Below are positions 29,876 through 40,647 of a DNA stretch of 64,000 nucleotides, in pieces (position 1 is the first letter of the stretch; every line of letters begins with the position of its first letter). The notes beneath the pieces are model-generated. The model was given only the letters and a program-made list of their open reading frames with translations, made no database searches and was not told the origin of the DNA. This DNA is from Promethearchaeota archaeon (lineage in GTDB: Archaea; Asgardarchaeota; Lokiarchaeia; Sigyniarchaeales; SOKP01). Both the position numbers and the translations under genes were made by a program. The stretch lies in the NCBI GenBank assembly GCA_029838195.1, contig JALGVJ010000015.1, forward strand, positions 34,852 to 98,851, given 5' to 3'.

Positions 29876-31765
29876 CTATTCATATTCAGCATCCACTACT
29901 CCGTCATCTTGAGCAGTTGCCCTGCGGTATTTCTCTTCTTCAATTTCATCTTGTGTCTTTGGTCGTCCGCCCCCCATACCACCCGGTGAAGTTCCCGCAT
30001 AACCCTGTTGAGCTCCAGGTTGTTGTCCATACATGCGAGCAGAAACTTCATGTAAGGCGGTTTGAAGGGATTCGATTGCATTTTGAATCTTGACTTCATC
30101 ATTTGATTCCATCGCTTTCTCCAAATCCTTAATTTTCTCCTCGATTCTTGGCTTCAAATCGCCAACAATGGCTTCATTTTCTCGCATGAGTTTCTCTGCT
30201 TGATAGATTAATGCCTCACCTGTATTCTTAAGCTTGACCAATTCCTTGAATTTCCTATCTTCCTCCGCATGTTGCTCTGCTTCCCTAATCTTTTGCTGGA
30301 TTTCCTCTTCCGACATCTTATTAGAAGCCGAAATCGTTATGGATTGCGTCTTTCCAGTCGCCTTGTCTTTAGCTGAAACATTCAATATGCCATCTGCGTC
30401 AATATCAAATGTGACTTCTATTTGCGGAACGCCTCGAGGAGCTGGTGGAATGCCCGTCAAATGGAATTTCCCTAAAGAAATATTGTCCGCAGCTTTCGGT
30501 CGCTCTCCTTGTAGCACGTGAATTTCAACCGTGGTCTGATTATCGGCAGCCGTTGTAAAGACTTCCGTTTTTCTCGTCGGAATCGTCGTGTTTCTTTCAA
30601 TGAGTTTCGTGAACACGCCGCCTAAGGTTTCCACTCCTAAGGATAAGGGAGTTACATCTAAAAGTAATATATCATCTACTTCTCCAGTCAAGACACCACC
30701 TTGAATCGCCGCTCCTTGCGCCACGCACTCCATGGGGTCAATGCCACGGACTAATTTCTTGCCAAAAAATTCTTCGAATTTAGCTTGAACGCTCGGCATT
30801 CTCGTGGGTCCGCCAACCAAGATCACTTTATCAATTTGATCTTTTGTTAATTTCGAATCGCTCAATGCTTTCTTGATGGGACCTTCTAATCGTTTCAATA
30901 CAGGCTCAATCAATTGCTCTAGCTTGGCCCTGGTAAGATTCATGTTCAAGTGTTTAGGTCCACTAGCTGTTGCCGTTATGTAGGGAAGATTGATATCCGT
31001 CGAAATCGACGTAGACAATTCGATCTTGGCTTTTTCAGCAGCTTCTCGAACTCTTTGCATGGCCATTTTATCTTGTCTCAGATCAACGCCTTCTTGCTTC
31101 TTGAATTCATCAACGATGTAATTTACCAGGATTTCATCCATGTCTCTTCCGCCTAATTGGGTATCTCCGGAGGTTGCTACGACTTCAAACACCTTTTCTT
31201 CCATTTCCATAATGGTGACATCGAACGTACCTCCTCCGAGATCGAGCACTGCAATCGTTAAATGCTCATTCTCTTTATCTAAACCATAAGCAATCGCAGC
31301 AGCCGTTGGTTCGTTAATCAAGCGGCGTACGTTTAACCCTGCAATCTTTCCAGCATCCTTTGTCGCCTGCCTTTGATTATCATTGAAATATGCAGGCACC
31401 GTGATTATGGCATCCGTGACCTCCTCTCCTAAATAATCACTTGCGTCTTGCTTGATTTTCCTCAGAATCATCGCAGAAATTTCTTGGGGCGTGTATTCCT
31501 TACCATCAATATTGACTTTATAAGAAGTCCCCATTTTTCTTTTGATTCCGGTAATCGTGCGTTCCGGATTGGAAATTGCTTGTCTTCTCGCCGGCTCGCC
31601 AACTAATATTTGTCCATCTTTCGTGAACGCCACTATGGAAGGGAATGCTTTGCCGTAAAGAGTTACTCCTTCCTTGCTAGGAATGATTTCTGGTCTGCCA
31701 CCAATTAATACCGCAGCAGCAGAATTTGAGGTTCCTAAATCAATTCCAATTATCTTTTTAGTCAT
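29876..31765 (-). CDS. dnaK: DnaK/Hsp70
   Basis: [34 protein letters not shown]. Confidence 0.98.
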   Translation of the reverse strand: MTKKIIGIDLGTSNSAAAVLIGGRPEIIPSKEGVTLYGKAFPSIVAFTKDGQILVGEPARRQAISNPERTITGIKRKMGTSYKVNIDGKEYTPQEISAMILRKIKQDASDYLGEEVTDAIITVPAYFNDNQRQATKDAGKIAGLNVRRLINEPTAAAIAYGLDKENEHLTIAVLDLGGGTFDVTIMEMEEKVFEVVATSGDTQLGGRDMDEILVNYIVDEFKKQEGVDLRQDKMAMQRVREAAEKAKIELSTSISTDINLPYITATASGPKHLNMNLTRAKLEQLIEPVLKRLEGPIKKALSDSKLTKDQIDKVILVGGPTRMPSVQAKFEEFFGKKLVRGIDPMECVAQGAAIQGGVLTGEVDDILLLDVTPLSLGVETLGGVFTKLIERNTTIPTRKTEVFTTAADNQTTVEIHVLQGERPKAADNISLGKFHLTGIPPAPRGVPQIEVTFDIDADGILNVSAKDKATGKTQSITISASNKMSEEEIQQKIREAEQHAEEDRKFKELVKLKNTGEALIYQAEKLMRENEAIVGDLKPRIEEKIKDLEKAMESNDEVKIQNAIESLQTALHEVSARMYGQQPGAQQGYAGTSPGGMGGGRPKTQDEIEEEKYRRATAQDDGVVDAEYE

Positions 31766-31912
31766 TTATCATCACTCTCTTCGTTTTTTATTTTTTTTTT
31801 TAATTTGCATTTCTTGTTTTAATTTTTTTCTAATTCTTATCTTTAAAATCTATAATTTTTTTTAATAAAAGATTCGTGATTTTAATGTTAATTGTTCAAT
31901 AATCATTTAACC

Positions 31913-32515
31913 TTAATTTCGTACTATTTTTACCCGAGAAGGTCTCAATATTTCTTTATTTAAATAATATCCTTTTTCTAATTCTTGCACTATGGTTCCA
32001 TCAGGAAGATCCGGATTGTTTTCTATTAGTATGGCCTCATGTTCATGAGGATCAAACAGATCTCCTTCACAATCCATCGGCTTTACACCATATTCTCGTA
32101 ATAATTTTTCAAAATTTTCCACTATCATTGCAAGTCCTTTCTTTACCGCATCATCAATTTGTAATCCAATCAACATGTTTTGCGCTCTCTTCAAGTCATC
32201 AAGATGTTGTATTAATTTTCTCATGATATCGACTATAAATTTAGTTTTTTCTCTTTCTTGATTTCTCTCTAAGCTTTTCCGATAATTTTCGAAATCTGCT
32301 TGTAAGCGCATCAAGGAATTCAGGTATGATTCCGTCTTTTTAACGATTTCTTCATTTTTTTCTTGTTCACATTTCAATTTCTCCAATTCCTCGCTTAATT
32401 TTTTATTCTCCATGTTTAATTTCTCGAGTTCTTTAGTAAGTTTTTCGTATTCCGAAGCTTTTTTCCACAAAGAATCATATTCTTTTCTTGAAAGGATTAC
32501 TCTCTCGGGCTTCAT
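31913..32515 (-). CDS. grpE: GrpE nucleotide exchange factor
   Basis: RLQADFENYRK, FDPHEHEA, KGY...ILRPSRV; GGTGA SD before ATG 32515. Confidence 0.93.
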   Translation of the reverse strand: MKPERVILSRKEYDSLWKKASEYEKLTKELEKLNMENKKLSEELEKLKCEQEKNEEIVKKTESYLNSLMRLQADFENYRKSLERNQEREKTKFIVDIMRKLIQHLDDLKRAQNMLIGLQIDDAVKKGLAMIVENFEKLLREYGVKPMDCEGDLFDPHEHEAILIENNPDLPDGTIVQELEKGYYLNKEILRPSRVKIVRN

Positions 32516-32568
32516 GAAAATTTCACCATGATTTGATTTTTCTCTTATCAACCTATCTATTTTCAGAG

Positions 32569-32646
32569 TTTACAATGTTTCATTGTCAATCATCTCTTGA
32601 CAATCCTTAATTAATAAGAATTACTTAACCTATTTAAATGTTTCGG
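32569..32646 (-). promoter_or_regulatory. Chaperone-operon promoter (BRE-TATA) with three alternating TTkACAAT half-sites
   Basis: Minus strand reads CGAAAC-A-TTTAAATA (32645-32631). Plus strand reads tttacaat-N5-attgtcaa-N7-ttgacaat (32569-32604). Confidence 0.55.
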
Positions 32647-33040
32647 TTATCCAATTTTTAATGAAATTCGTCTTTAGGTTTCGAATTATAATAATTTTTA
32701 AAATAAAATGTTTTTTTCATGAGGGAGGATTTTTAATATTTCAATGATATTTGGGCATAAAATACTAAAAAAAAGCAATAAATCAGAAATGGCAAATGAT
32801 TACCTTTAAAACCTCAATTATTGAGTATTTTTTCAACTATTTCCTAAAAATAACGATGGAACCTACCAAGATGATCATTTCATGAGTAATTCTTACAATT
32901 TCATTAAATTATAAAATTTTGGAATTTAATAATAGAATTCAACGATTTAGGTGTTTATCTGAAATTTTTTTCGATATATACCAATTTTTTTAAAGAAAAA
33001 ATGAAATAACTCAAGAAGGATGAAAAAAGCATGAATCGAA

Positions 33041-33877
33041 TCATTTCACGATCACTTCTTTCGGTTTCACTTGAGGAATTGAAAGGTGTTTGGAAAGATG
33101 ATTCTGAAAATGCACCTCTCCAAGATCAATGAAGGCTCGAGCTTTCTGAACCTGTTCTCGAGAAGGAGAAATTTCCAAGAAATTTATGATTTTTTCAATC
33201 ACGCATTGGGGGTCAGAAATTAAATCATTAAAATCGATGCAAAGATGGCGCTCATTTTTAACGAATTCATCAATTCGCCTATATCCTTCCCGAATAACGG
33301 TCTCATAGCGCTTTTCATCATTGAAAACATTACCATGGCTGAGAAATTTCTTAAAAATCCCCCAGCCTAAACCCACGAGCCTCACTATAGAAAAATATCG
33401 CGAGATATATAAGATCGTTCGATACCAAGAGATAATTTTTGCTGCCTTTAGATGCGATTTTACCACGCTTTCTACATCTCTTTTTAAAACAATATAATAA
33501 GGATTGGTTAACAAGTCCTTAAAATAGGGAATTGTTGCGGAGATCGTGGGGTCTTTCCAACCCCATAACCCTTTCGAATTTTTCTCACATTCTCGGATCA
33601 AATTTTTAATTTCCGGTTCATAACACTTGACAGCCAGTCGGATTTTTTTATCATCAGGAATATCTGCCCAACTGAGCGAAAAGCTTTGAGCATAATAAAG
33701 GATATTGAGATTTAATTTATAAAATTGCTGATTTTCATAATTTCCATATTTATTTACATGTGAGGGGCGAAGTAATCCCTTTACATCACCCATTCGAACC
33801 CCTAATCGATGTAATATACCAGCAATGAGACTAGATCCAGTGCGAGGAAGACTTAGGACTACCACTGTCTTAACCAT
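33041..33877 (-). CDS. Sulfotransferase family protein
   Basis: PRTGSS PAPS loop, GNYEN, WGWKDP, LKRD; likely start MVKTVVV. Confidence 0.85.
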   Translation of the reverse strand: MVKTVVVLSLPRTGSSLIAGILHRLGVRMGDVKGLLRPSHVNKYGNYENQQFYKLNLNILYYAQSFSLSWADIPDDKKIRLAVKCYEPEIKNLIRECEKNSKGLWGWKDPTISATIPYFKDLLTNPYYIVLKRDVESVVKSHLKAAKIISWYRTILYISRYFSIVRLVGLGWGIFKKFLSHGNVFNDEKRYETVIREGYRRIDEFVKNERHLCIDFNDLISDPQCVIEKIINFLEISPSREQVQKARAFIDLGEVHFQNHLSKHLSIPQVKPKEVIVK

Positions 33878-34009
33878 GATTAAAATATATTTCAAAATAT
33901 AATAAAGATTATTATTCAAATAATAATAAGAAACGTACCATGCTTCTTCAAGAATTGATTTTTTTTATCTTGGTTTCCTTTAAGATTTGCAATAGCAATT
34001 TTATACTCT

Positions 34010-34612
34010 TCAATGTTGAATCCAATTATAAGGTCGTGGACCCATGAATAACAGAATGAAAGCTGGAATGAGAATGGCAATGCCTGCCCATCCATTGCCG
34101 AAGATCTCCAGTAATATACCCCATATCACCATCCATGGAAACTTAATAGTACTGATTAGAAGGTAATCTTCTAAAAGGGCATTCCAATCATAGCGTGAAC
34201 AAGGGTCAGAAAATCTTGGTTTAACAAAATAAAGAGAAATGATTAATACGATGGTTGCGCCAATAAATGTCCAGATTCCTGAAGAAATAAGTTTTTTAGA
34301 GTAAAAAAAGATCCCGCTAACAATATCCATAAATCCTATAATGTAATAAATGATTGCATTGATTAATCCTATAAGCCAAGCGATGCTTCCCACCACCGAA
34401 ACGAAATTTTCCATTCCCTTCCAATTAGGATGAGCTTCGGCGAGTTGTTCCCTTGTTGATGCTTGGGGAGGAGAAATGGACGATATTGGTGCATCAATTT
34501 CTATTAGCTCTTTTTTTTCTTCCTTTTCCCATGTATCATGCCCGCATTTTTCACAATAACGGCCGCCTCCTAATTTAGCACCACATTCGGGGCAGTATTT
34601 CGCATTTTTCAT
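34010..34612 (-). CDS. Zinc-ribbon membrane protein
   Basis: CPECG...CEKCG followed by about 4 TM helices. Confidence 0.75.
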   Translation of the reverse strand: MKNAKYCPECGAKLGGGRYCEKCGHDTWEKEEKKELIEIDAPISSISPPQASTREQLAEAHPNWKGMENFVSVVGSIAWLIGLINAIIYYIIGFMDIVSGIFFYSKKLISSGIWTFIGATIVLIISLYFVKPRFSDPCSRYDWNALLEDYLLISTIKFPWMVIWGILLEIFGNGWAGIAILIPAFILLFMGPRPYNWIQH

Positions 34613-34962
34613 GAATTAATCCTTTACTTGTTTCTTTAGAATTTTTTCTAATACATGTGCGAAAGCAGTAACTTAATCTCTCATTATAAAAAAAATGAAA
34701 ATTAATTAAATTTTTCAATTCATTGAGAGCGTGATTTTACCTTATAAAGCACGGAGACAGTGCTTAAACCTAAGCTTAAACGTTTAATGAAAAAAACAAT
34801 TTTTTTCAATTATTAAGAGGGACTAAAATGGAACTTCTCAAAAAACATAGTAAAAAATAAAAGAAAATTTTTGTTTCATGAATCGTTTCCTTACTAAATT
34901 GATGCTAATTTAGATTTTAGGGGATTTATAATTTAAAATTGAAAATTACAAGGAATAAAAAC

Positions 34963-36324
34963 ATGTCAAACACGGATAATGTTGAAAATCCTAGGATTTC
35001 TGATCCGCCACGAACCCTGAAAGAATTTTTTAATTATCTGGGACCCGCTTTCATATTTACTGCAGCTCAAATCGGTGGAGGAGAATTAATTACCATCCCT
35101 CTCTTAGGAGCTTATTTGGGTATGAGAGGGCTTTTCTTGGTACCCTTAATTGCATTTGCTAAAATTTTCGGTCAATATTATTTGGTGCAATACGGCGTCG
35201 TGCAGGGGAAAACTTTCTTGCAAGCGTGTTGGGATAAAAAATGGATGAGATGGATGTTCATCTTGCTAATGATTGGATGTGTGTTGCATTCAATGTTGAT
35301 TGCGGGCCTTTTGGGGCAAACTGCTGGCACCGTTAATTTCTTGTTTCCAATTTCCAAGGAGTTTTGGATCCTAATGATCATGGTTCTTGGATTATTGATT
35401 GTATTCACGAGAAGCTATAAGATTCTTGAAAAAACGGCCAGTATAATGTTATGGATATTTATCTCCTTAATTACAATTGTAGCGATTTTATGGTGGCCTT
35501 CTCTTGATCAATGGATGATGGGATTTATGCCCCAAATGCCCGATGCGATCGCCGGACTTGAAACGACCTCCGGCATCATGACTGTTGCCGTTCTTTTCGT
35601 GGTTCTTGGAGCGGGTTTTGGACCTACGGTATCTTATATTTGGTATGCTAAAGATAAAAAAATGGGCATGTTTGAAGCACTCGCTAATGGTCATCACCTT
35701 CAAATAGACGATCTCACGGAAGAGGAAAAAAGACGGTTAAAAGGCTGGAAAGATATGGTATTATATCAAAACATCATATCTGCTACCATTCTTACCATTT
35801 TTTCCATATTTATGTGGATTTCCGCTGCCCAAACGCTTCATCCTTCAGGATTAAGACCTGCCGGTTGGACAATCATTCCGCAAATGGTCAGCATATTCAC
35901 TTCTACTTATGGAGAATGGTCTGGGATTTTATTCATAATTTGTGGCATATTAGCTCTTTTTTCCTCCATCATTGGTCCATTTTATGGCTTTGCAAGGCTC
36001 TATGAAGAAAGTTTTGAACGATTTGGAGTATATAGGAAGTATCATGTTGAGAGCAAGACGTTATTTAGAATTTTTCTATTAATATTCGCTTTTTTCCCCT
36101 TATTGTTCATATTTATTACGGGGCAGCCCATGTGGCTTTTCTCTACTGCGTCCATGTTAACGGGGCCTCTTTTAGGCTTGCTATATATTTTTCCCATCAT
36201 GTTGTCTTTTTTAGATACTAACAAGAAAGATTCTAAATTAAGACCCTATCGCATTTGGGCCATGGCTTTTGCAATTATTAGTGGAATATTACTCATCGTT
36301 CTATCTCTTTTAGGATGGGGTTGA
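34963..36324 (+). CDS. NRAMP-related (APC fold) transporter
   Basis: LGPAFIFTAAQIGGGE TM1, about 11 TM helices; canonical DPGN absent. Confidence 0.8.
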   Translation: MSNTDNVENPRISDPPRTLKEFFNYLGPAFIFTAAQIGGGELITIPLLGAYLGMRGLFLVPLIAFAKIFGQYYLVQYGVVQGKTFLQACWDKKWMRWMFILLMIGCVLHSMLIAGLLGQTAGTVNFLFPISKEFWILMIMVLGLLIVFTRSYKILEKTASIMLWIFISLITIVAILWWPSLDQWMMGFMPQMPDAIAGLETTSGIMTVAVLFVVLGAGFGPTVSYIWYAKDKKMGMFEALANGHHLQIDDLTEEEKRRLKGWKDMVLYQNIISATILTIFSIFMWISAAQTLHPSGLRPAGWTIIPQMVSIFTSTYGEWSGILFIICGILALFSSIIGPFYGFARLYEESFERFGVYRKYHVESKTLFRIFLLIFAFFPLLFIFITGQPMWLFSTASMLTGPLLGLLYIFPIMLSFLDTNKKDSKLRPYRIWAMAFAIISGILLIVLSLLGWG

Positions 36325-36395
36325 CCGGGCTAATTTAATCATGAGAGCAAGAAATTCAGCGACATAATTTCAAAAAAAATTAAAATAATAATTGA

Positions 36396-37853
36396 TCATT
36401 TAGGTTTTTTTTTCCCTTTATTTTTTAAATTTTTTCTCTTGAAATTCTCGTGTTCATTTGGATCTTGGAAGGACTGGGCGGAAGCTTGCTTTCGGCGGTG
36501 TTCTAATTCTCGTGCAATTTTTATATTCACGTCCTTAGTTAAAGGATAAAATATCCAGATGATTAAAGTTCCTATGAGGCTTAAAATTGTAGGAACGATT
36601 ATGTAGGCCAGATAAATTCCTTGAATGGCTAAAGGAGATTGTTCGACATTCGGAACATAGCTTGTTGCACCCAAAATAAATCCAGGAATGGCAGCTCCGA
36701 TTCCAAGTCCTGTTTTTTGAATGAACGATGTAAGAGAAGCTATTTGTCCTTCTGCTCGATGTCCTTGCTTCCATTCCACGTAATCCGTGTTGTCCGCTTG
36801 TAATCCGTAACCAACAAGCATGCCAAAACCGCCTCCAATGGCAGAGATAATGCCAATTAGAAAAATTAACGGGATTCTTGAAGGATCGATGAATAAAATA
36901 GCAAAATTGGGCAATCCACCGATAAAACCTCCTAAAACTAACGTATATTTCTTGCCATATTTATTAAGGAAAGGAGTTCCCATGATAAGTCCAATAATAA
37001 TTCCTACTACCATTAATAATGGCCCCACGCTCATTAGTTCTGGTCGTCCGACGACATACGTCCAAAAATATATTGCCATTGCGGTACTCGCTCCACTTCC
37101 TATGGAAGATGATAGATTAGATAGAAAATACACGAGTACGGGTTTAACGCTTAGAATTTTAAGAATATCTCTAAACTTATATCTTTCTTTTTTGATGGGT
37201 TCAATTCTTTCTTTTACTGCCGAAATTCCAACAACATTGCATGTAATGATGAAAATAACCGTAAAAATGATTAATGCGTGGTATCCTTCTTTAGGGGTTG
37301 GAAAACTCAATATGAAGGGGATGCTTATTGAGGCAAAAAAAATCATGCCACTAACATATCCAAGACTCTTGATGAGAGCAAGCGTGTTCCTATCTTTTCC
37401 TGTTTCCGTCATCACGGGAATCAGCGAATTGAGAGGAATGTCCATCAGATCAAATGTAATGCTGATTAGAAAATAGGAGATGTAAGCGATTATCAGTTTT
37501 CCTGCCGGAATCATACTAGGTCCTAACCATAATAACATGTAATTTAAAGAGCAGATAATGCTTCCTAGGAGGAGATAAGGCCGGAACTTACCCCATCTCG
37601 TGCGTGGAAGGTGATCTATGATGAAACCCATTAGAGGATCATTGAACCCATCAAATACTCGGACAATTAGGAACATGATACCAATACTAACAGGATTTAA
37701 GCCCACTACATCTGTATAAAAAATCAGTAAAAAGAGGGAAATCAAGGTCATGATAGGAATATTACCGATATTAACGATATAAAATGAAATTTTTTCCTTC
37801 TTATTTAGCACGCTTTTTTTAAAGAAATCGTGATTTTCGTTCATTTGAGGCAC
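36396..37853 (-). CDS. MFS GPH-family sugar:cation symporter
   Basis: RVFDGFNDPLMGFIID, TRWGKFRPY, ADNTDYVEW..G.RAEG. Confidence 0.92.
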   Translation of the reverse strand: MPQMNENHDFFKKSVLNKKEKISFYIVNIGNIPIMTLISLFLLIFYTDVVGLNPVSIGIMFLIVRVFDGFNDPLMGFIIDHLPRTRWGKFRPYLLLGSIICSLNYMLLWLGPSMIPAGKLIIAYISYFLISITFDLMDIPLNSLIPVMTETGKDRNTLALIKSLGYVSGMIFFASISIPFILSFPTPKEGYHALIIFTVIFIITCNVVGISAVKERIEPIKKERYKFRDILKILSVKPVLVYFLSNLSSSIGSGASTAMAIYFWTYVVGRPELMSVGPLLMVVGIIIGLIMGTPFLNKYGKKYTLVLGGFIGGLPNFAILFIDPSRIPLIFLIGIISAIGGGFGMLVGYGLQADNTDYVEWKQGHRAEGQIASLTSFIQKTGLGIGAAIPGFILGATSYVPNVEQSPLAIQGIYLAYIIVPTILSLIGTLIIWIFYPLTKDVNIKIARELEHRRKQASAQSFQDPNEHENFKRKNLKNKGKKKPK

Positions 37854-38579
37854 ATTTTTTGATATTTTACTTCTTTATTAAATTTTGATGATAATTGGTA
37901 TAGCATGTGATGTTTAGATAAATATTTTGATTTTCAATCCTCAGAGAATCATAGAAAATGGAGCAAGGGAGTAGAAAATGATATGATATTACCATCAGAA
38001 CTCTTGCTATATAAAATAATTAAAAAAAATGGAAATAAAAATCCGTTATTGTGCCACGTATTTTTAATTTTTTTAGCTTTCAAATCTTCAATGGTTATTT
38101 CGGGATGATGATAGCGTTGATGGGATAAATAATTTGAAACATATTTAATAGTTTTTATGGACGTCAGCAATTTTTTTAATTTTTTTACGAGCTTCTTTGA
38201 AATCTTTTTCTTATACTTCTAAGGGATCAGGAGGATATTGAATGACATAATTATTTGGCATTTTTGATAAAAAATTCTGCATCCAGCGGTTTCATTACTT
38301 TTGAACTTAAGAGCGGATTAATTCGATTTAATTTTTTTTAATTTGATTTTTTTTTAGAACTCGAAAACAATTTTGGGAAGCCCAAAATAATAGAAAGGAA
38401 ATACCAATCCTAATTTTTCCGAGTTAGCGGAAATATCTGTTTTTTTCATTAATTGTAGTATGGGAACTAATTTTCAATCGATTAATGCCGTAGCAAGCAA
38501 TCGTGCCATCATTAAAAAATTTCACACCTGTAAAATAATATATCGTCGGCTTCTTGTCATTTCTTCACGAATAGTAAGG

Positions 38580-40046
38580 TTAAAATTGATGATCAAATTG
38601 ATTTAAAACTTCACCTACATAATACAATCCGACCAAGTTTCCTGTTTTTTCGAACATTCGAGAGACTAATAAGATGATCACGTGTTCATTTTCGTCTAAT
38701 ACGCCCTTCTCCACACCATATTTCACGGATTGTTCAATGATTTCTTCAGCAGCTAAATTAAAGAAGTCAATATTTTCGATATAAAAGGGTTGAACGCCCC
38801 AAATAAGATTTAATTCACGAGCCGTGCGTAAATGAGGTGTCATAGCGATGATGGGCAGAGGAGGACGATATTTAGAAATCATGCGAGCTCCATATCCGTG
38901 CCGAGTAATGACTAAAATCTTGCCTCGGAAATTAAGATCTTCCATTTCTTTTGCGAGAGCGTGAATAGCGTGACCTAAGGTTTGGGTATGGGTTAGGCGA
39001 GTGGAATCATATAAATCCGGTACTCTTAGGGGCACGTTTTCGGTGGCCGTTCGGGCTATTTTATTCATGAAATTGACCGCTTCAAGGCAGTATTTTCCAA
39101 CGGCGGTTTCTGCCGAAAGCATTACGGCATCCGTCCCATCATAGACTGCATTAAACACATCATTTGCTTCTGCTCTTGTGGGTATGGGAGCATTTACCAT
39201 GGATTCTAACATTTGGGTTGCCACTATCACGGGTTTACCTTCTCGATTACACTTATAAATCAATTCTTTTTGTTTTAAAGGGACGAGATCAGGAGAGATT
39301 TCCACGCCTAAATCACCCCTTGCAATCATTATCGCATTAGAAACGTCTAAGATTTGTTCAAAATTTTCGAGGGCAATGGGGCGTTCAATTTTTGAGACTA
39401 GCTTGATGTCTTTATTGCCTTGATTTTCTAAAATTTTTTTAACCCGCAAAACATCATCGGAATCTCCTACAAACGATATTGCGACATATTCAGGATCGAG
39501 TTCAGCAATGAATCTTAAATCTTCAACATCTTTTTCCGTTGGTACTTTTTGCGTGAGTTCACCCTTCGGAATGTTTACACCTTTATTACTACTGATTATC
39601 CCACCTGCGATAACTTCGCCAACAAGATGATCTTGTTCTTTTTTAATCACCTTAATTTTTATGATTCCATCGTTCACGTAGAAGACATCACCAGCGCGCA
39701 TGGTATTTAAAAATCCTTCTAATGGAATGGAAAATTTCTCACTATTACCCAATATAGGTTTCTCGTATATTTTTACAGTTTGACCGAGATTTAAGATGTG
39801 AGAATCATCATTTTCAAACTGTCCAACGCGAATTTTTGGCCCTTGAATGTCAGCAAGAATTCCTACATAATGATTGATGCTTCGGATTTTTTTTATTAAT
39901 TCTTTTTTCTCTTCATGAGTGCCATGAGAAAAATTCAAGCGGAAAATATCTACTCCTGCTTTGATTAATTTCTTGAGCATTGATTCAGAACTTGAAGCAG
40001 GTCCTAACGTAGCAACGATTTTTACGGTATTTTCTCTAAATGACAT
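38580..40046 (-). CDS. pyk: Pyruvate kinase
   Basis: KIVATLGPAS, RLNFSHG, KIE, ARGDLGVE, ATQMLESM, DAVMLSAET. Confidence 0.97.
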   Translation of the reverse strand: MSFRENTVKIVATLGPASSSESMLKKLIKAGVDIFRLNFSHGTHEEKKELIKKIRSINHYVGILADIQGPKIRVGQFENDDSHILNLGQTVKIYEKPILGNSEKFSIPLEGFLNTMRAGDVFYVNDGIIKIKVIKKEQDHLVGEVIAGGIISSNKGVNIPKGELTQKVPTEKDVEDLRFIAELDPEYVAISFVGDSDDVLRVKKILENQGNKDIKLVSKIERPIALENFEQILDVSNAIMIARGDLGVEISPDLVPLKQKELIYKCNREGKPVIVATQMLESMVNAPIPTRAEANDVFNAVYDGTDAVMLSAETAVGKYCLEAVNFMNKIARTATENVPLRVPDLYDSTRLTHTQTLGHAIHALAKEMEDLNFRGKILVITRHGYGARMISKYRPPLPIIAMTPHLRTARELNLIWGVQPFYIENIDFFNLAAEEIIEQSVKYGVEKGVLDENEHVIILLVSRMFEKTGNLVGLYYVGEVLNQFDHQF

Positions 40047-40098
40047 AATGTTTAATTTTTAGTAGAATGATTAAATTAATTATTGATCAATTTAATAA

Positions 40099-40560
40099 TC
40101 ATTTGCTCGTGCTTATTTTTTTAACTCTTTCTAATTTTTTACGATATACCTTGCGAAATTTTTCTAAATATTTAATTAGATCCTCAATTTCATCCTCCCC
40201 GGCAACTATTTCTTTAAGGGATAGTAAGCTAACTCTAAAAGATTCAAGAGGGATGGAATATTGAATTAGTTTCAATCCCTTTTCAATAGCCTCTTCTCGA
40301 GCTAGTAGTACCAATAAATCGGAACTCTGGGAAGCTAAGATAATGGCTAAAAAATATCGTGTTTTGGGTGTGTTTGAAGGATCTTTAAGGGTAAAAAGGT
40401 ATACCCCCTTTTTACTTTTTATTGCATGGACCGATTTAATTTTCCATGTCTTCACGATTCCCTCCTTGATTTCCGAAATGGGAGGAAATTTACCTCTCAT
40501 CCTTTTAGCTTTTTTAAGGACTTTCCTTTTTATTACCTTCTTAAGAGTATTTTGAGTCAT
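40099..40560 (-). CDS. Hypothetical basic protein
   Basis: 153-aa ORF directly upstream of pyk on the same strand. Confidence 0.65.
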   Translation of the reverse strand: MTQNTLKKVIKRKVLKKAKRMRGKFPPISEIKEGIVKTWKIKSVHAIKSKKGVYLFTLKDPSNTPKTRYFLAIILASQSSDLLVLLAREEAIEKGLKLIQYSIPLESFRVSLLSLKEIVAGEDEIEDLIKYLEKFRKVYRKKLERVKKISTSK

Positions 40561-40647
40561 TAAACTATGAGCGGTTCTTATTTCATTCGTTAAAAATCAT
40601 TAATTAAAATACCTTGATAAAAATTAAAAAATAATTGCATTAAAAAA

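Noticed and set aside
36820-37476. 218-aa plus-strand ORF and the many other short antisense or nested ORFs in the track
   Set aside because: Shadow frames of well-supported genes, with no recognisable motifs.
38029-38067. MEIKIRYCAT resembling an Rdx/SelW or MoaD N-terminus
   Set aside because: It ends at TAA after 12 codons, with no UGA and no continuing homology.
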